Source of the DNA: Pirellulaceae bacterium | GTDB lineage: Bacteria; Planctomycetota; Planctomycetia; Pirellulales; Pirellulaceae | DNA: 64,000 nucleotides | NCBI GenBank assembly: GCA_041749395.1 | Contig: JBGTBJ010000096.1 | Span: 111-64,110 of the forward strand | Direction of reading: 5' to 3' | Shown: one piece after another, positions 18,234 to 28,326 of the stretch | How the letters are laid out: the number at the start of each line of letters is the position of its first letter | Numbering within the stretch: position 1 is the stretch's first letter | Notes under the pieces: model-generated | Told to the model about the DNA's origin: nothing | The model's database searches: none | Seen by the model: only the letters and a program-made list of their open reading frames with translations | Made by a program: the position numbers and the translations under genes

Positions 18234-21200
18234 TTAGTCTTGATGAAGCTGGGGGGGTGTTCCAGCGATCGTTGCATTCTCTTTCGCAGCGATCGAATTC
18301 TCAAGTGAAAGCAACGCAAACAAGTCAGCCATTTCGGCTCGCGTCATTTGTTGCTCCAGTCCTTCTGGCATCAGCGACTGAGGATTTTGCCGCAGCTCCT
18401 CCACGATAGCCATGGGCACGGTTTCACTCTTGCCCCCTTGGATTTTCAGGACGATGCGTTGTTCACTCTGTTCGGTGACAATGCCATTGAGTACTCGTCC
18501 ATCTTCGGTGAGGACTGTGACGCTCTTGTATGCATCGCCGATAACCAAGCTGGGGTCGAAGACGCTGATGACGAGTTGCTCGAAGCTGCCTCGTCCATTG
18601 CGTGAAATATTGGGACCCACTTCGAAACCACGGTCATGCATTTGGTGGCACTGGCCGCAGATGCGATCGAAGACGGCGATTCCTCGTTCTGCATTGCCTC
18701 GCGCGTCATCCCGTAGGTACTCGCTCATTTCCTTGACGATACGTTGGCGTTCTTTGGAATCTTCCGTGCGAACCGTTCCCCAGATTGATTGAACCAGCGA
18801 TTGAATGGACTGGGGGCGATCTTTAGCGAGTGCTCGAATTTGGTTCGGACTGACGATATCGGGCGATAGCTTTTTTCCTTGGATCTCGTTTAGCAACATC
18901 AAGGCCGTGGAATCGCGTTGGCACATTCGTTCGGCAATAGTGGCCTGTAGACTAGCTGGCAACGAGGCAATTTGTTTAGCGAGTCGCGATCGCAGCGTGT
19001 CAGAGCCCTTTTGAATAATCGTTTCCAGCAACGCATCTCGCCAGACTGAAGCAACTTCACGCTGCTGTTGAACGTCCTCCATCCATTGGGACAGTGCGTT
19101 GGCGAGTGCCAGTTCACGCGATTCCGGCGGAATGGAGGCAAGAGATTGAAGTAGTCGAATGCGCTGTGCTGGAGTTAAGGTGACGTTGTTCATCTGTTGG
19201 ATGATTTTCTCAATTGCTTGCTCGTCCCCTGTGATGCCGCGCAATTGCAGGGTCTCTAGGCTGGAAATCCCTGCAGTTGATTGCCAATCCACTAGCACTT
19301 TTCGGGCATCGCTCGCACGCAGTTCGCCCGTCTGAAACTTGCCCACAATGGCTTGGAGGATTTCGGCCGCTTGTTGAGGGCGTGTGTCGTGTAGGAGGGT
19401 CGAGATTCGCAACGCGGATCGCAGCGATTGCTCATCGGTAAGCCCTGATAAATCGGGCTGGACATCGGCCAATATTCGCGCCGCCAGGCGAGGTGCCATT
19501 TGCAACAGCAGCGAGTCGCTGCGATGGCGAGTGGGAATTAATTGCTCGAGAATCACATCCTGATCCTCAATCATCCGAGGCAGCATGTTTTGCCAAGCGA
19601 TTTTAGGAAGCAAGCCATCATCTTCGCTGTGGTCGAGCACATCGATGATCCACTGCGTGGAGGAGGTGCCTGCAATCTTTCCGGCAGCAATGGCAACCTG
19701 CAGTCGCACGCGAGGATCTGGATGTTGAGCCTGCTGGGAAATGGCTTGGATTACGCTGGGGCTGAGAACTTTGCGCGTGGCGGCAACTTGAATGGCCCAC
19801 GACACCCGTAGCGGATCATTGTCGTGGAGGAATGGCTCGAGCATCTCTGCGGTCATCTGCGGCGCATGGAACGTGGTCATCGCCAAATGCAGTGCGGAGG
19901 GGTTGGTCGATGGATCGACGTTGGATGTTTTAGCCGTTTTCAGCAAAGCCAGGAGTTGGCGGAACAGCTTTTGATTGACGGGAGAGGCAGGCTCCACCCG
20001 CAGTCGCTGAGAAAGTACCACAGCGGCACGTTGCCGGAAGAAAATATTGGGATCGGTGAGCAACGGCATGAGCGCCTCATTGTCGAGCTGTTTGAGGTCG
20101 GTCACCGCTGTCGCAGGGCGACGATCATAAACGATGCGATAGAGCCGACCGTGCCCCCGATCAACTCCCTCGGGGTCCGCCGACGCGTCTTGATAACAAT
20201 GGTAGCGATCGTACCAATCCAGCACGTAGAGGCAGCCATCGGGTCCAACTTTCTGTGCGACGGGCATGAACCAAACGTCATTAGCCGTCAGGAAATCGGG
20301 ATGGGGTGTCCCTTTATAAGTGGAACCCGCACGTTGCACCGAATCGACGTTAATGCAACCGCCATGGATGTTACCCATATACAATTTGCGACGATATTCC
20401 TCTGGGTATGCGGGGGAGTCAAAATATTCGATACCGCAGTAGGCTGCCATCTGATGATGGTAGTCGACGATGGACTCAATTTTCCAAGTGTGAGGAGGAT
20501 ACGGGCCTCCTTGCCGATGGTAATAGCCGGATTCGGTGAGGTGCCAGAGATGGTCGATAACGCAGGCGCTAATGAAGGCACTCCCTTGATCATCAAAGGC
20601 AACTCCCCATGGATTGCTGGTCCCTTCGCAGAACAATTCAAAACGCTTTGTGATCGGGTCAACGCGAAATAACGCGCAGGTGAAATCGAAGGTCTTGTCG
20701 TCTTGTTTGACCACGCTGCGATTGAAGACGCCGTTGAGTCCATAAAGATAGCCATCAGGACCCCAGGTGAGCGCGTTGGGCAATTCGTGCGTGTCATCCC
20801 GTCCGAAGCCCGTCGCCACAACAGTTTGTTGGTCGGCCCGATCATCGCCATCGGTATCTTGCAAGAAGAGCAGGTCGGGCGCATTGGCCACCCAGACTCC
20901 GCCATATCCCACCGCGATGCCTGAGGGAATATTCAGACCCTCCGCAAAAATGGTCACCTTATCGACACGGCCGTCCTGATCGGTGTCTTCAAGGATCTTA
21001 ATCCGATCTCGTCCGGGTCCTGGTTCGTGCCGAGGGTACTCGAAACTCTCCGTCACATAGATCCGTCCCGCATCGTCAAAAGCCATCGCAACAGGGTTCA
21101 ATAAGTCGGGTTCGGAGGCGACCAGCTCGACATGAAATCCCTCCGGCACCGTCATCTTTGCCAGCGCGGCCGCGGGGCTGAGCGGCGGCCCGGGCGGTTG

Positions 21201-21311
21201 AGTCTGTGTGCGGGGGATGAACTTGTCCTGGCCTGCTGCGTTGGAGAAAGCCAAAAGGCAAATGGCGAAGAAAAGCAGCGAAACGCTGGGAAATGATAGG
21301 CGAGACATCAA
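18234..21311 (-). CDS. PVC-type heme-binding CxxCH protein (membrane-bound dehydrogenase propeller, HEAT region, cytochrome c)
   Basis: N-terminal VPEGFHVELVASEPDLLNPVAMAFDDAGRIYV...DRIKILEDTDQDG, C-terminal CGQCH and SLMPEGLE. Signal peptide. Confidence 0.92.
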   Translation of the reverse strand: MMSRLSFPSVSLLFFAICLLAFSNAAGQDKFIPRTQTQPPGPPLSPAAALAKMTVPEGFHVELVASEPDLLNPVAMAFDDAGRIYVTESFEYPRHEPGPGRDRIKILEDTDQDGRVDKVTIFAEGLNIPSGIAVGYGGVWVANAPDLLFLQDTDGDDRADQQTVVATGFGRDDTHELPNALTWGPDGYLYGLNGVFNRSVVKQDDKTFDFTCALFRVDPITKRFELFCEGTSNPWGVAFDDQGSAFISACVIDHLWHLTESGYYHRQGGPYPPHTWKIESIVDYHHQMAAYCGIEYFDSPAYPEEYRRKLYMGNIHGGCINVDSVQRAGSTYKGTPHPDFLTANDVWFMPVAQKVGPDGCLYVLDWYDRYHCYQDASADPEGVDRGHGRLYRIVYDRRPATAVTDLKQLDNEALMPLLTDPNIFFRQRAAVVLSQRLRVEPASPVNQKLFRQLLALLKTAKTSNVDPSTNPSALHLAMTTFHAPQMTAEMLEPFLHDNDPLRVSWAIQVAATRKVLSPSVIQAISQQAQHPDPRVRLQVAIAAGKIAGTSSTQWIIDVLDHSEDDGLLPKIAWQNMLPRMIEDQDVILEQLIPTRHRSDSLLLQMAPRLAARILADVQPDLSGLTDEQSLRSALRISTLLHDTRPQQAAEILQAIVGKFQTGELRASDARKVLVDWQSTAGISSLETLQLRGITGDEQAIEKIIQQMNNVTLTPAQRIRLLQSLASIPPESRELALANALSQWMEDVQQQREVASVWRDALLETIIQKGSDTLRSRLAKQIASLPASLQATIAERMCQRDSTALMLLNEIQGKKLSPDIVSPNQIRALAKDRPQSIQSLVQSIWGTVRTEDSKERQRIVKEMSEYLRDDARGNAERGIAVFDRICGQCHQMHDRGFEVGPNISRNGRGSFEQLVISVFDPSLVIGDAYKSVTVLTEDGRVLNGIVTEQSEQRIVLKIQGGKSETVPMAIVEELRQNPQSLMPEGLEQQMTRAEMADLFALLSLENSIAAKENATIAGTPPQLHQD

Positions 21312-21433
21312 GAAAGCTACCTGTTAATCCGGGGAGGGATGTCGTAGGCGGGAGGGCCGGAGCAAGGGCCCCAGCATTGTACTTCAAAGAATGTACATTG
21401 AAACAATGACCTCAGCTTCGCAGATGCTTGTGC

Positions 21434-22543
21434 TCACTCCTCTGCTAACTGGCGAAGGACTTCAATCCCGCGATCGAGTGTTGCGTCGGAGGCCGCATAG
21501 CTGATTCGGAAGTGAGTATCCTGGGCGCTGAAGATACCGCCAGGAATGATCAGCAGGCCCTTTTCAATGGCTCGTTCGACAAACTGAGTGCCGGTTCCCT
21601 GAGGTGATTTTGGGAAAACGTAGAACGCGCCCCCTGGCACTGCGATGTCATAGAGGTCTTTGAGACCGTCGATCATTTTGTCTCGTTTTTGGCGGTATTG
21701 ATCGCGGTATTCGGAGAGATCGACATCGATGGCTTGCAGGCCGGCCCATTGCGCGGGTTGAGGTGCGCATACAAAGGTGTACTGCTGGATTTTGGTCATG
21801 GTATCGATGATTTCCGCCGGGCCATGCACATAGCCGACGCGCCAGCCAGTCATCGCATGGCTCTTGGAAAAACCGTCGATAACGATCGCTCGTTCGTTGT
21901 AGCGCGCCGGAGAAACGAACGGTTCATCGTATTGAAATGCGCTATAGATTTCATCGCTGACGAGAGCAATGTTGTGTTTTTCCGCTAGCTCGGCGAGCGC
22001 GCGGAGTTCATCGTTGCTGGCGACAACACCGGTTGGATTGGCGGGGCTATTAACCAGGATCATTTTGGTGCGAGGCGTAATCGCTGCGGCGACTCGATCG
22101 GGGTCGATACGAAAATCGGGATAGGTGGAAATAGGAACGCTGACACCGCCGGCTAAAGAGATCAGCGAGGGATACATGACAAAGTAGGGATCGAAGTAAA
22201 TCACTTCGTCCCCTGGGTCAACCATCGCTAACATTGCCAAGACGAGGCCGCCGCTGGTACCACTGGAAACAAAGACTTTGCGGTCTTGGTGTCCATAGGA
22301 TTGATCGAGTTCACTCTGTAGGCGTTCGCGCAGGGGGCTGATTCCCTGAGTTTGCGAGTAGCCATTGCGACCCTGTTCGATGGCCTCGCAGCAAGCTTTC
22401 CGAACGGCGGGGGGAACGTCGAAGTCGGGTTGGCCAATCGACAGATTGATGGGATCCTTTAGTTTTGCAGCCAGGTCGAAGACGCGGCGAATTCCACTGC
22501 TTTGAAAGGCGGCTGTCCGTTGGGCGATCCATGTACGATTCAT
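21434..22543 (-). CDS. PLP-dependent aminotransferase, class I/II
   Basis: ORF 21434..22603, likely start 22543. INLSIGQPDF, NSPANPTG, SDEIY and GFSKSHAMTGWRVG (PLP lysine). Confidence 0.93.
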   Translation of the reverse strand: MNRTWIAQRTAAFQSSGIRRVFDLAAKLKDPINLSIGQPDFDVPPAVRKACCEAIEQGRNGYSQTQGISPLRERLQSELDQSYGHQDRKVFVSSGTSGGLVLAMLAMVDPGDEVIYFDPYFVMYPSLISLAGGVSVPISTYPDFRIDPDRVAAAITPRTKMILVNSPANPTGVVASNDELRALAELAEKHNIALVSDEIYSAFQYDEPFVSPARYNERAIVIDGFSKSHAMTGWRVGYVHGPAEIIDTMTKIQQYTFVCAPQPAQWAGLQAIDVDLSEYRDQYRQKRDKMIDGLKDLYDIAVPGGAFYVFPKSPQGTGTQFVERAIEKGLLIIPGGIFSAQDTHFRISYAASDATLDRGIEVLRQLAEE

Positions 22544-22663
22544 AATGCAAACATGGTTAAAGTGTTGGAGATGGTCGAACGAATGAATGTGTCGAGGCCG
22601 CACGGGATACTAGCGGCAAGTGAAAGTTGTGGCAATGCGCTGATCAACAAGGACGAATGTTGA

Positions 22664-23239
22664 ATGGGACAAGTGAATCGAGTTGAGCGGGTGATCCCCA
22701 TTTGTGCTGTGTTCTCGCGCCACGCGGAGGCGGTTCCATGGGCTTTGGCGAAACTGGAAGCCATTTGGGGGCCCATGGTTGCTCAGCAGGCGGCGATCCG
22801 ATTTGAGTCGGCCGATTATTACGGACACGAAATGGGGGATGGTGTGCAAAAATGGATGTTGGCCGCCCAGTCGCCCCGAGATCCGGTGGAGTTGGCGGAC
22901 TGGAAATCGGCCACGAATCAGTGGGAAGGAGACTTTCGCGAGCAGCATCCGTATCCTCAGACGATCACGGAAGCCAGGCCCTTGAATCTGGATCCAGGAT
23001 ATATCAGCCAGGGGAAGTTGGTGCTGGCAACGGTCAAAGATCGCGACCACCGCATCTACTTGCGCGATGGCATCTTCGCCGAAGTAACTCTTCGTTATTT
23101 GCGGTCGGGTTGGACCGACAATCCGTGGACCTATCGCGATTACCGATCCGAGCTCATGAAAGAGTTTGCCAATGGGTGTCGCGAGCGGCTACGCGCTTAT
23201 TTGTTGCGTGAAGATGGATTTCGTCGCGTGCAAAAATAA
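22664..23239 (+). CDS. DUF4416 family protein
   Basis: RPLNLDPGY...KLVLATVKDRDHRIYLRDGIFAEVTL and PWTYRDYR. Confidence 0.85.
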   Translation: MGQVNRVERVIPICAVFSRHAEAVPWALAKLEAIWGPMVAQQAAIRFESADYYGHEMGDGVQKWMLAAQSPRDPVELADWKSATNQWEGDFREQHPYPQTITEARPLNLDPGYISQGKLVLATVKDRDHRIYLRDGIFAEVTLRYLRSGWTDNPWTYRDYRSELMKEFANGCRERLRAYLLREDGFRRVQK

Positions 23240-23399
23240 TAATCCCCGAGGGTGCCCTGCTCAGTCGTCGGTATTGTGAATTAGTCTATATTGAGCACGA
23301 ATTAAGGAGAGTCGTTTCCGCCCAGCAACAAAAGCTGAGTGGTGCGCAGAAAACTTGGTGGGAAGCCGTCGCAGCGTAGATCGCTTTAAAGGATGAATT

Positions 23400-24542
23400 G
23401 TGTGGGATGTGGGAGGAATGAAGTCGGAATTGCTGGTGATCATTGCGGCAGTTCCCGCAGCGTTTATTGCTTGGTTGGTGCTTTTTGGCGTGCGTCGATT
23501 TGCAGCCAAGATTGGCCTGTTGGATAAGCCGGGGCATCGAAAGGTGCATACGGTGCCGACGCCCCTGGGTGGTGGAATTGGCATCTGGGCCGGCGTCATT
23601 GCCGTCTTTGCACTAGGGACACTTTTTGTGTCGATCTGCCATGCGGATCCGCGTTGGATGGGTTATCTACCGGCCACGTTGGCCAAGCACATTCCGGGGC
23701 TTTGGTTGCGGGCAGACGAATTATGGATGTTGTTGGCAGCTGCATCGATCATGGCTGGCTTAGGATTGGTCGACGATATTCGCGGGCTGCCTTGGCAATG
23801 GCGATTGGGAGTTGAATTCGCAGTTGCTGCTGGCACGGTGTTGTGGATGGGATATCAATTCACCGCATTCATTCCTTGGCCCTGGTTAACCAGCGGGCTA
23901 TCGATTCTGTGGATCGTGGCGATGATCAATTCATTCAACATGCTCGATAATATGGATGGTTTAAGTGGTGGGGTAGCAGCGATTATTGCCGGGGTGCTGG
24001 GTTGTGTGATGTTATTGACTCCCGATCCAGGGACCGGCCAATCGCAATTGTTTGTGGCTGCATTGCTATTTATTGTCTGTGGGGCACTGAGTGGATTTTT
24101 GTGGCACAACAAACCGCCAGCTAAGATATTTATGGGAGACGCAGGAAGTTATTTCGTGGGCTTCCTGATAGCTGTGGCGACTCTTTTGGCAACATTTGCC
24201 GGGTACCAGCAGGCTCGTCCTCACGCCGTATTGGCTCCTTTGTGTGTGATGGCAGTGCCCCTTTATGACATGACCACAGTCCTGTGGATTCGCTTGCGCG
24301 AAGGACGAAGTTTGTTTGAAGGAGATAAGAGTCATTTTTCTCATCGCTTAGTCGCATTGGGCTTAAGCAAAACCCAGGCAGTGCTCACCATTCACTTGGT
24401 CACTCTGACGTGTGGAATTGCTGCACTTTTGCTGGGGCGAGTGGACATCTGGTCGGCCGGCATGGTGCTTGGCATTGTGGTCTGCATGTTGGCGTTGACA
24501 ATCATCTTAGAGTCGACAGGATGGCGGCGCGATGATTCCTAA
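23400..24542 (+). CDS. MraY/WecA family undecaprenyl-phosphate sugar-1-phosphate transferase
   Basis: DKPGHRKVHTVPTPLGGGIGI, GLVDD, NSFNMLDNMDGL, FMGDAGS and DKSHFSHRL. Confidence 0.92.
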   Translation: MWDVGGMKSELLVIIAAVPAAFIAWLVLFGVRRFAAKIGLLDKPGHRKVHTVPTPLGGGIGIWAGVIAVFALGTLFVSICHADPRWMGYLPATLAKHIPGLWLRADELWMLLAAASIMAGLGLVDDIRGLPWQWRLGVEFAVAAGTVLWMGYQFTAFIPWPWLTSGLSILWIVAMINSFNMLDNMDGLSGGVAAIIAGVLGCVMLLTPDPGTGQSQLFVAALLFIVCGALSGFLWHNKPPAKIFMGDAGSYFVGFLIAVATLLATFAGYQQARPHAVLAPLCVMAVPLYDMTTVLWIRLREGRSLFEGDKSHFSHRLVALGLSKTQAVLTIHLVTLTCGIAALLLGRVDIWSAGMVLGIVVCMLALTIILESTGWRRDDS

Positions 24543-26859
24543 TGCGTGGTTTGCAATGCTGTTGGTCGTGGTCGCCATGCGGCCTATCGATGCGGTTGAA
24601 GTGGATCGTGGCGGAGCACTTTTTTTAGTCCCTTTGGCCGTCGGCTTGTGGGTGGTCTCACGCTGGCAAACAAGTGCAAAGTCGACGCTCAAATGGGATT
24701 TGGCCGTTTGGGGACTCGTCGTGTGGGTGATTGCCTCAGCGGGATGGAATTATGGCCAAGGGAATTTTCGACAGAGCTGGAATGAAGTTTGGTGGTGGCT
24801 CACTGCGGGATGTGTGTTCACCGGAGGACTGCGAATTTTCACAAACACTAACGATAAAAAACTGGCATCCACGAATGCATGGTTGGTATTGCTTGTGGCT
24901 TTGGGCGTTGGGCAGAGTCTTTTTGCTGCGCATCAGCAGTGGATCAGCTTGCCAGCGGACCGCGCTCTGTATGAAGCCAACCCAGAGCGTTTCATGCAAC
25001 AATTGGGGCAGGTCGCGGAACTGGGTGCACCCGAGCGAGCGATCCTGGAAGGGCGGCTTTATGAGGGAGGTCCCACGGGGACTTTTGCGTTAGCCAATTC
25101 GTTAGCCGGTTACTTGATTGTCGCCATCCTCCTGGCAGCAGGGTTGTTGTGGCAGAGTTTTCGTGGCCCCATTAGTAACGTCGGTTTCGGTGCAACATGG
25201 TTTTTGCGAGTCACTGCAGGATTCGCTGTGGGAATGTGTTTGTTGGCTCTCCTCTGGACGAGCAGCAATTCAGCCAATGTAGCCTTGGTTTGTGGCCTGA
25301 TGGCGATGGCCATCGAAGTGTTGTTTGGCAATTCGATATCCGCGCGGACTCGCTGGTATGGCACCATCGCGGGTGCAGGAATTATTTCGGTCGGCATTTT
25401 TGCTGCAACGCGGATGCCTGGGTGGTGGACCATTGCACCGAGATCCTTGCAATTCCGGTTCCAGTATTGGCAAGCCACGTTGGCGATGGTGCAAGATCAT
25501 TGGTTGTGGGGAATTGGACCAGGCAATTTTCAGGATCGTTACTTGAAGTATCGATTGGATCAAGCAAGCGAGGGTATCGCCGATCCGCATAACTGGCTGA
25601 TGGAAATGCTGTCGATGTCAGGCGTGCCTGGTTTGCTAATGCTGTTGATCGTTGTTGGATTGTGCGCCAAAGCCTATTCGCAGTGGAACATGACGGGCCA
25701 GTCAGAAGTGGTCCAGCCAGTTAAGCAAAACTTGCCGCAGCCAAGTCCATTCGATGCTGAACGCTGGTGGGCAGGCAAATGGACGGTCGGCGTGGGCGCG
25801 TGGCTCGGCTGGATTGGCGTCTGGGTCGCTTGGGTTAGCGCGCAGCGAATGCCCGATTTTGATGCCACAGTATTAGCAACGATCGCCAGCACGATTGTCT
25901 GGTTTGGATTACGACGAGCTGGTTTCGGAGCGAAGAATGTGAAGCTGTATCCCGGCGGCGCGAACAGTAGCCCCATTCTCTGTGGAGCGATTGTTGCAAT
26001 AGGCATTCATCTACTGGTCTCGGGTGGACTGACGGTACCGGGGCTGGCCTTACCTACGATTGCCTTGATGGTGTTGGCAGTGAGAGAAACGCCCGCGCGC
26101 CGAGATGTGCCCGCGCGCCGAGATGTGATAGCCCAGGATTTAAGGGCAAGTCGGAGCGGCAACGGAAAGAGCTTTGACAAGAGCTTTGACAAGAGCTTTG
26201 GCGTGAGTGTCGCAGCAGCCGTAATTGTCATGGCAACTTGGTGGTGGTCGGCTTGGGTGCCGGTACGGGAAGTGGAAGCGGCTATTGAGCGTGGCGATGC
26301 AGCAGCCAGTGTGGGACGGTTTAAGCAGGCGATCGAAGAATACCGTCAGGGAGCCGAGGCGGATGCTTGGGAGCCGACACCTTGGATGCGCATTGCCGAT
26401 GCCCAATTGTGGGAACTACTGGGCGAACCGGTGAATACGGTATTGCAATCGACTCGACATCAAGCCTGGCTCGATTCCATGTCCGAGGCGATCCAGCGGA
26501 ATCCGCAGGCCCCCATGCTGGCAGTTTGGCGAGCTGAACAGCAATTAACCTATTTTCAGCGATTCGGAGACAAACGAGAGTTGGCGGAAGCTCGCGCGGA
26601 ACTCGAGCGGGTATTATTACTTTCTCCTGGAGATATACGGGCAGTCACCCAGTTGGCTGCGGTTCTACAATCCATGGGTGACATGGAGCAAGCCGATCAA
26701 CTTTGGCAGCGAGCGGACTCCTTGGTTCGACAGGGCGATCATAGGGAGCGTCGATTGGAGAGTGTGCGGGTGATCCAAGTCGCCGAGTTAGGGATTGAGG
26801 TCGCACGAGCGGGAGCGGTGAGGAAAACGGCGGCCGAAATTAGGCGAGCGGGTCGGTAG
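24532..26859 (+). CDS. O-antigen ligase (Wzy_C) family membrane protein with C-terminal TPR-like repeats
   Basis: GTFALANSLAGYL, FRFQYW..TLAMVQDHWLWGIGPGNF and DPHNWLMEMLSMSG. Helical TPR-like tail. Overlaps the upstream gene by 11 bp. Confidence 0.85.
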   Translation: MIPNAWFAMLLVVVAMRPIDAVEVDRGGALFLVPLAVGLWVVSRWQTSAKSTLKWDLAVWGLVVWVIASAGWNYGQGNFRQSWNEVWWWLTAGCVFTGGLRIFTNTNDKKLASTNAWLVLLVALGVGQSLFAAHQQWISLPADRALYEANPERFMQQLGQVAELGAPERAILEGRLYEGGPTGTFALANSLAGYLIVAILLAAGLLWQSFRGPISNVGFGATWFLRVTAGFAVGMCLLALLWTSSNSANVALVCGLMAMAIEVLFGNSISARTRWYGTIAGAGIISVGIFAATRMPGWWTIAPRSLQFRFQYWQATLAMVQDHWLWGIGPGNFQDRYLKYRLDQASEGIADPHNWLMEMLSMSGVPGLLMLLIVVGLCAKAYSQWNMTGQSEVVQPVKQNLPQPSPFDAERWWAGKWTVGVGAWLGWIGVWVAWVSAQRMPDFDATVLATIASTIVWFGLRRAGFGAKNVKLYPGGANSSPILCGAIVAIGIHLLVSGGLTVPGLALPTIALMVLAVRETPARRDVPARRDVIAQDLRASRSGNGKSFDKSFDKSFGVSVAAAVIVMATWWWSAWVPVREVEAAIERGDAAASVGRFKQAIEEYRQGAEADAWEPTPWMRIADAQLWELLGEPVNTVLQSTRHQAWLDSMSEAIQRNPQAPMLAVWRAEQQLTYFQRFGDKRELAEARAELERVLLLSPGDIRAVTQLAAVLQSMGDMEQADQLWQRADSLVRQGDHRERRLESVRVIQVAELGIEVARAGAVRKTAAEIRRAGR
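26091..26202. repeat. In-frame tandem duplications: 2 x 18 bp (PARRDV) and 3 x 12 bp (KSFD)
   Basis: GCCCGCGCGCCGAGATGT at 26091 and 26109. AAGAGCTTTGAC at 26167 and 26179, with a variant at 26191. Confidence 0.9.
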
Positions 26860-27008
26860 CGGGCCGCATGGAATAATCGACGTTCGAATGGGTTGCCCGT
26901 GTTTTCCGTTAGGACTGCCAGGGAGAGTCGCGAGGACTGAACCGCCGGTTCGTCGTGGGCGTATGGGTTTGAAGAGATTCGATTAACAGGCGGGTTGTGA
27001 TTGAGGGA

Positions 27009-28244
27009 ATGAACGTGCGAATTTCGTTTTTGTTGGTGTTTTTGTCGATCGTTACAGGTGGCGTTGTTGGTGCCACGTTGGGGTATCGTTCCTACGGTGT
27101 TCCCAAAAACGAATTTGGGCCCTATGTGCTGGACCGCTCGGCCACTTCGCAGGATGTCGATCAGTATTGGTCGGGAGACGCGCCAACCTCCGAGTCCGCC
27201 AAGGCTGAATTTGTTGATGGAACTTCCTATGATTTTGGGGTTATGCGACGCAATGCGACGTCCACGCATCAATTTGTTGTGAAGAATGTTGGTGCTGGGG
27301 AATTGACCCTCGTGGTCGCCGGTTCAACTTGCAAATGCACGGTGGGAACGTTGCAGGATTCGGGCATTGGCCCGGGGGAATCGACCGTGATCGACTTGGA
27401 ATGGTCGGCGAAAACGAACGCTCGTATGTTCAGCCAGTCGGCAACAATAAAGACGAATGACCCGACGCAAGGCGAGGTTGCCTTGATCGTCAAAGGGGCC
27501 GTTGTGGACATGGTGGCTGCCGAACCCACAGCTTGGAATCGCGGCGATATTGCAACCACGGCCTCGATCGAGCTGAAGGCCAGCTTGTATAACTACGCGA
27601 AAGAACCCATGGAAGTTGTCCAAATTCGTTGGATGGACGAGGGGTTCGAGAAACGCAGCGAAGCAAAGATTGAACGTCGTCCGATGGACCCGCAGAGGGA
27701 TGGTGTGCATGTGGACGCCAGCGAGGTGTTTGACTTATTAGTGAATATTGGTCCCGGCAGTCCTCAGGGGTTATTGCAACAGACGCTACGAATCGACTAC
27801 CGCTCCAAAGGGGACGAGGAAAATCACCCCCCACTCGAGATGGTGTTGACTGGGCGTGTCGTGGGTGCATTAAGTGTATTGGGTGGACCACGTTTGGCTG
27901 GAAACGATTCAGGTACGTACCGCTTGAACTTGGGTGAGCTGGAGTCAGGTAAGGGGGCGGAGGAAAAAATTCACATATTATTTCGCGGGCCGCTCAAGGA
28001 TGTCGCTAAATTGCGAGTAGCCAGTGCGGTTCCCGAGGTGGCTTTGGAAGCCGAGTTGGGAGAACCTCAGGATCGCGGCACTATGAAGCTCTATCCATTG
28101 GTGATCCGAGTGAAAAATTCGGCACCTGAAATGCAGTTGTCTGGATCGTCAAAGGAAGATACTGGAATCATTACTATCGAATCCGACGATGCCGAAGTTG
28201 CTCCGGTCAGGGTTGGTGTGGTATTCCGAATAAGCAAAAGTTGA
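27009..28244 (+). CDS. DUF1573 domain-containing protein (Ig-like repeats)
   Basis: ORF 26997..28244, ATG 27009 after GAGGG. YDFGVM...HQFVVKNVGAGEL...STCKCT...IGPGES is the DUF1573 motif. N-terminal TM helix. Confidence 0.85.
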   Translation: MNVRISFLLVFLSIVTGGVVGATLGYRSYGVPKNEFGPYVLDRSATSQDVDQYWSGDAPTSESAKAEFVDGTSYDFGVMRRNATSTHQFVVKNVGAGELTLVVAGSTCKCTVGTLQDSGIGPGESTVIDLEWSAKTNARMFSQSATIKTNDPTQGEVALIVKGAVVDMVAAEPTAWNRGDIATTASIELKASLYNYAKEPMEVVQIRWMDEGFEKRSEAKIERRPMDPQRDGVHVDASEVFDLLVNIGPGSPQGLLQQTLRIDYRSKGDEENHPPLEMVLTGRVVGALSVLGGPRLAGNDSGTYRLNLGELESGKGAEEKIHILFRGPLKDVAKLRVASAVPEVALEAELGEPQDRGTMKLYPLVIRVKNSAPEMQLSGSSKEDTGIITIESDDAEVAPVRVGVVFRISKS

Positions 28245-28326
28245 AGTCCGACGAAGGCAGCGCAGTCCGCTGTGCCCATAGAAGGACCGAAGGCAAACCG
28301 AACAGCAGTCCCCAATTCTTGGGTTA

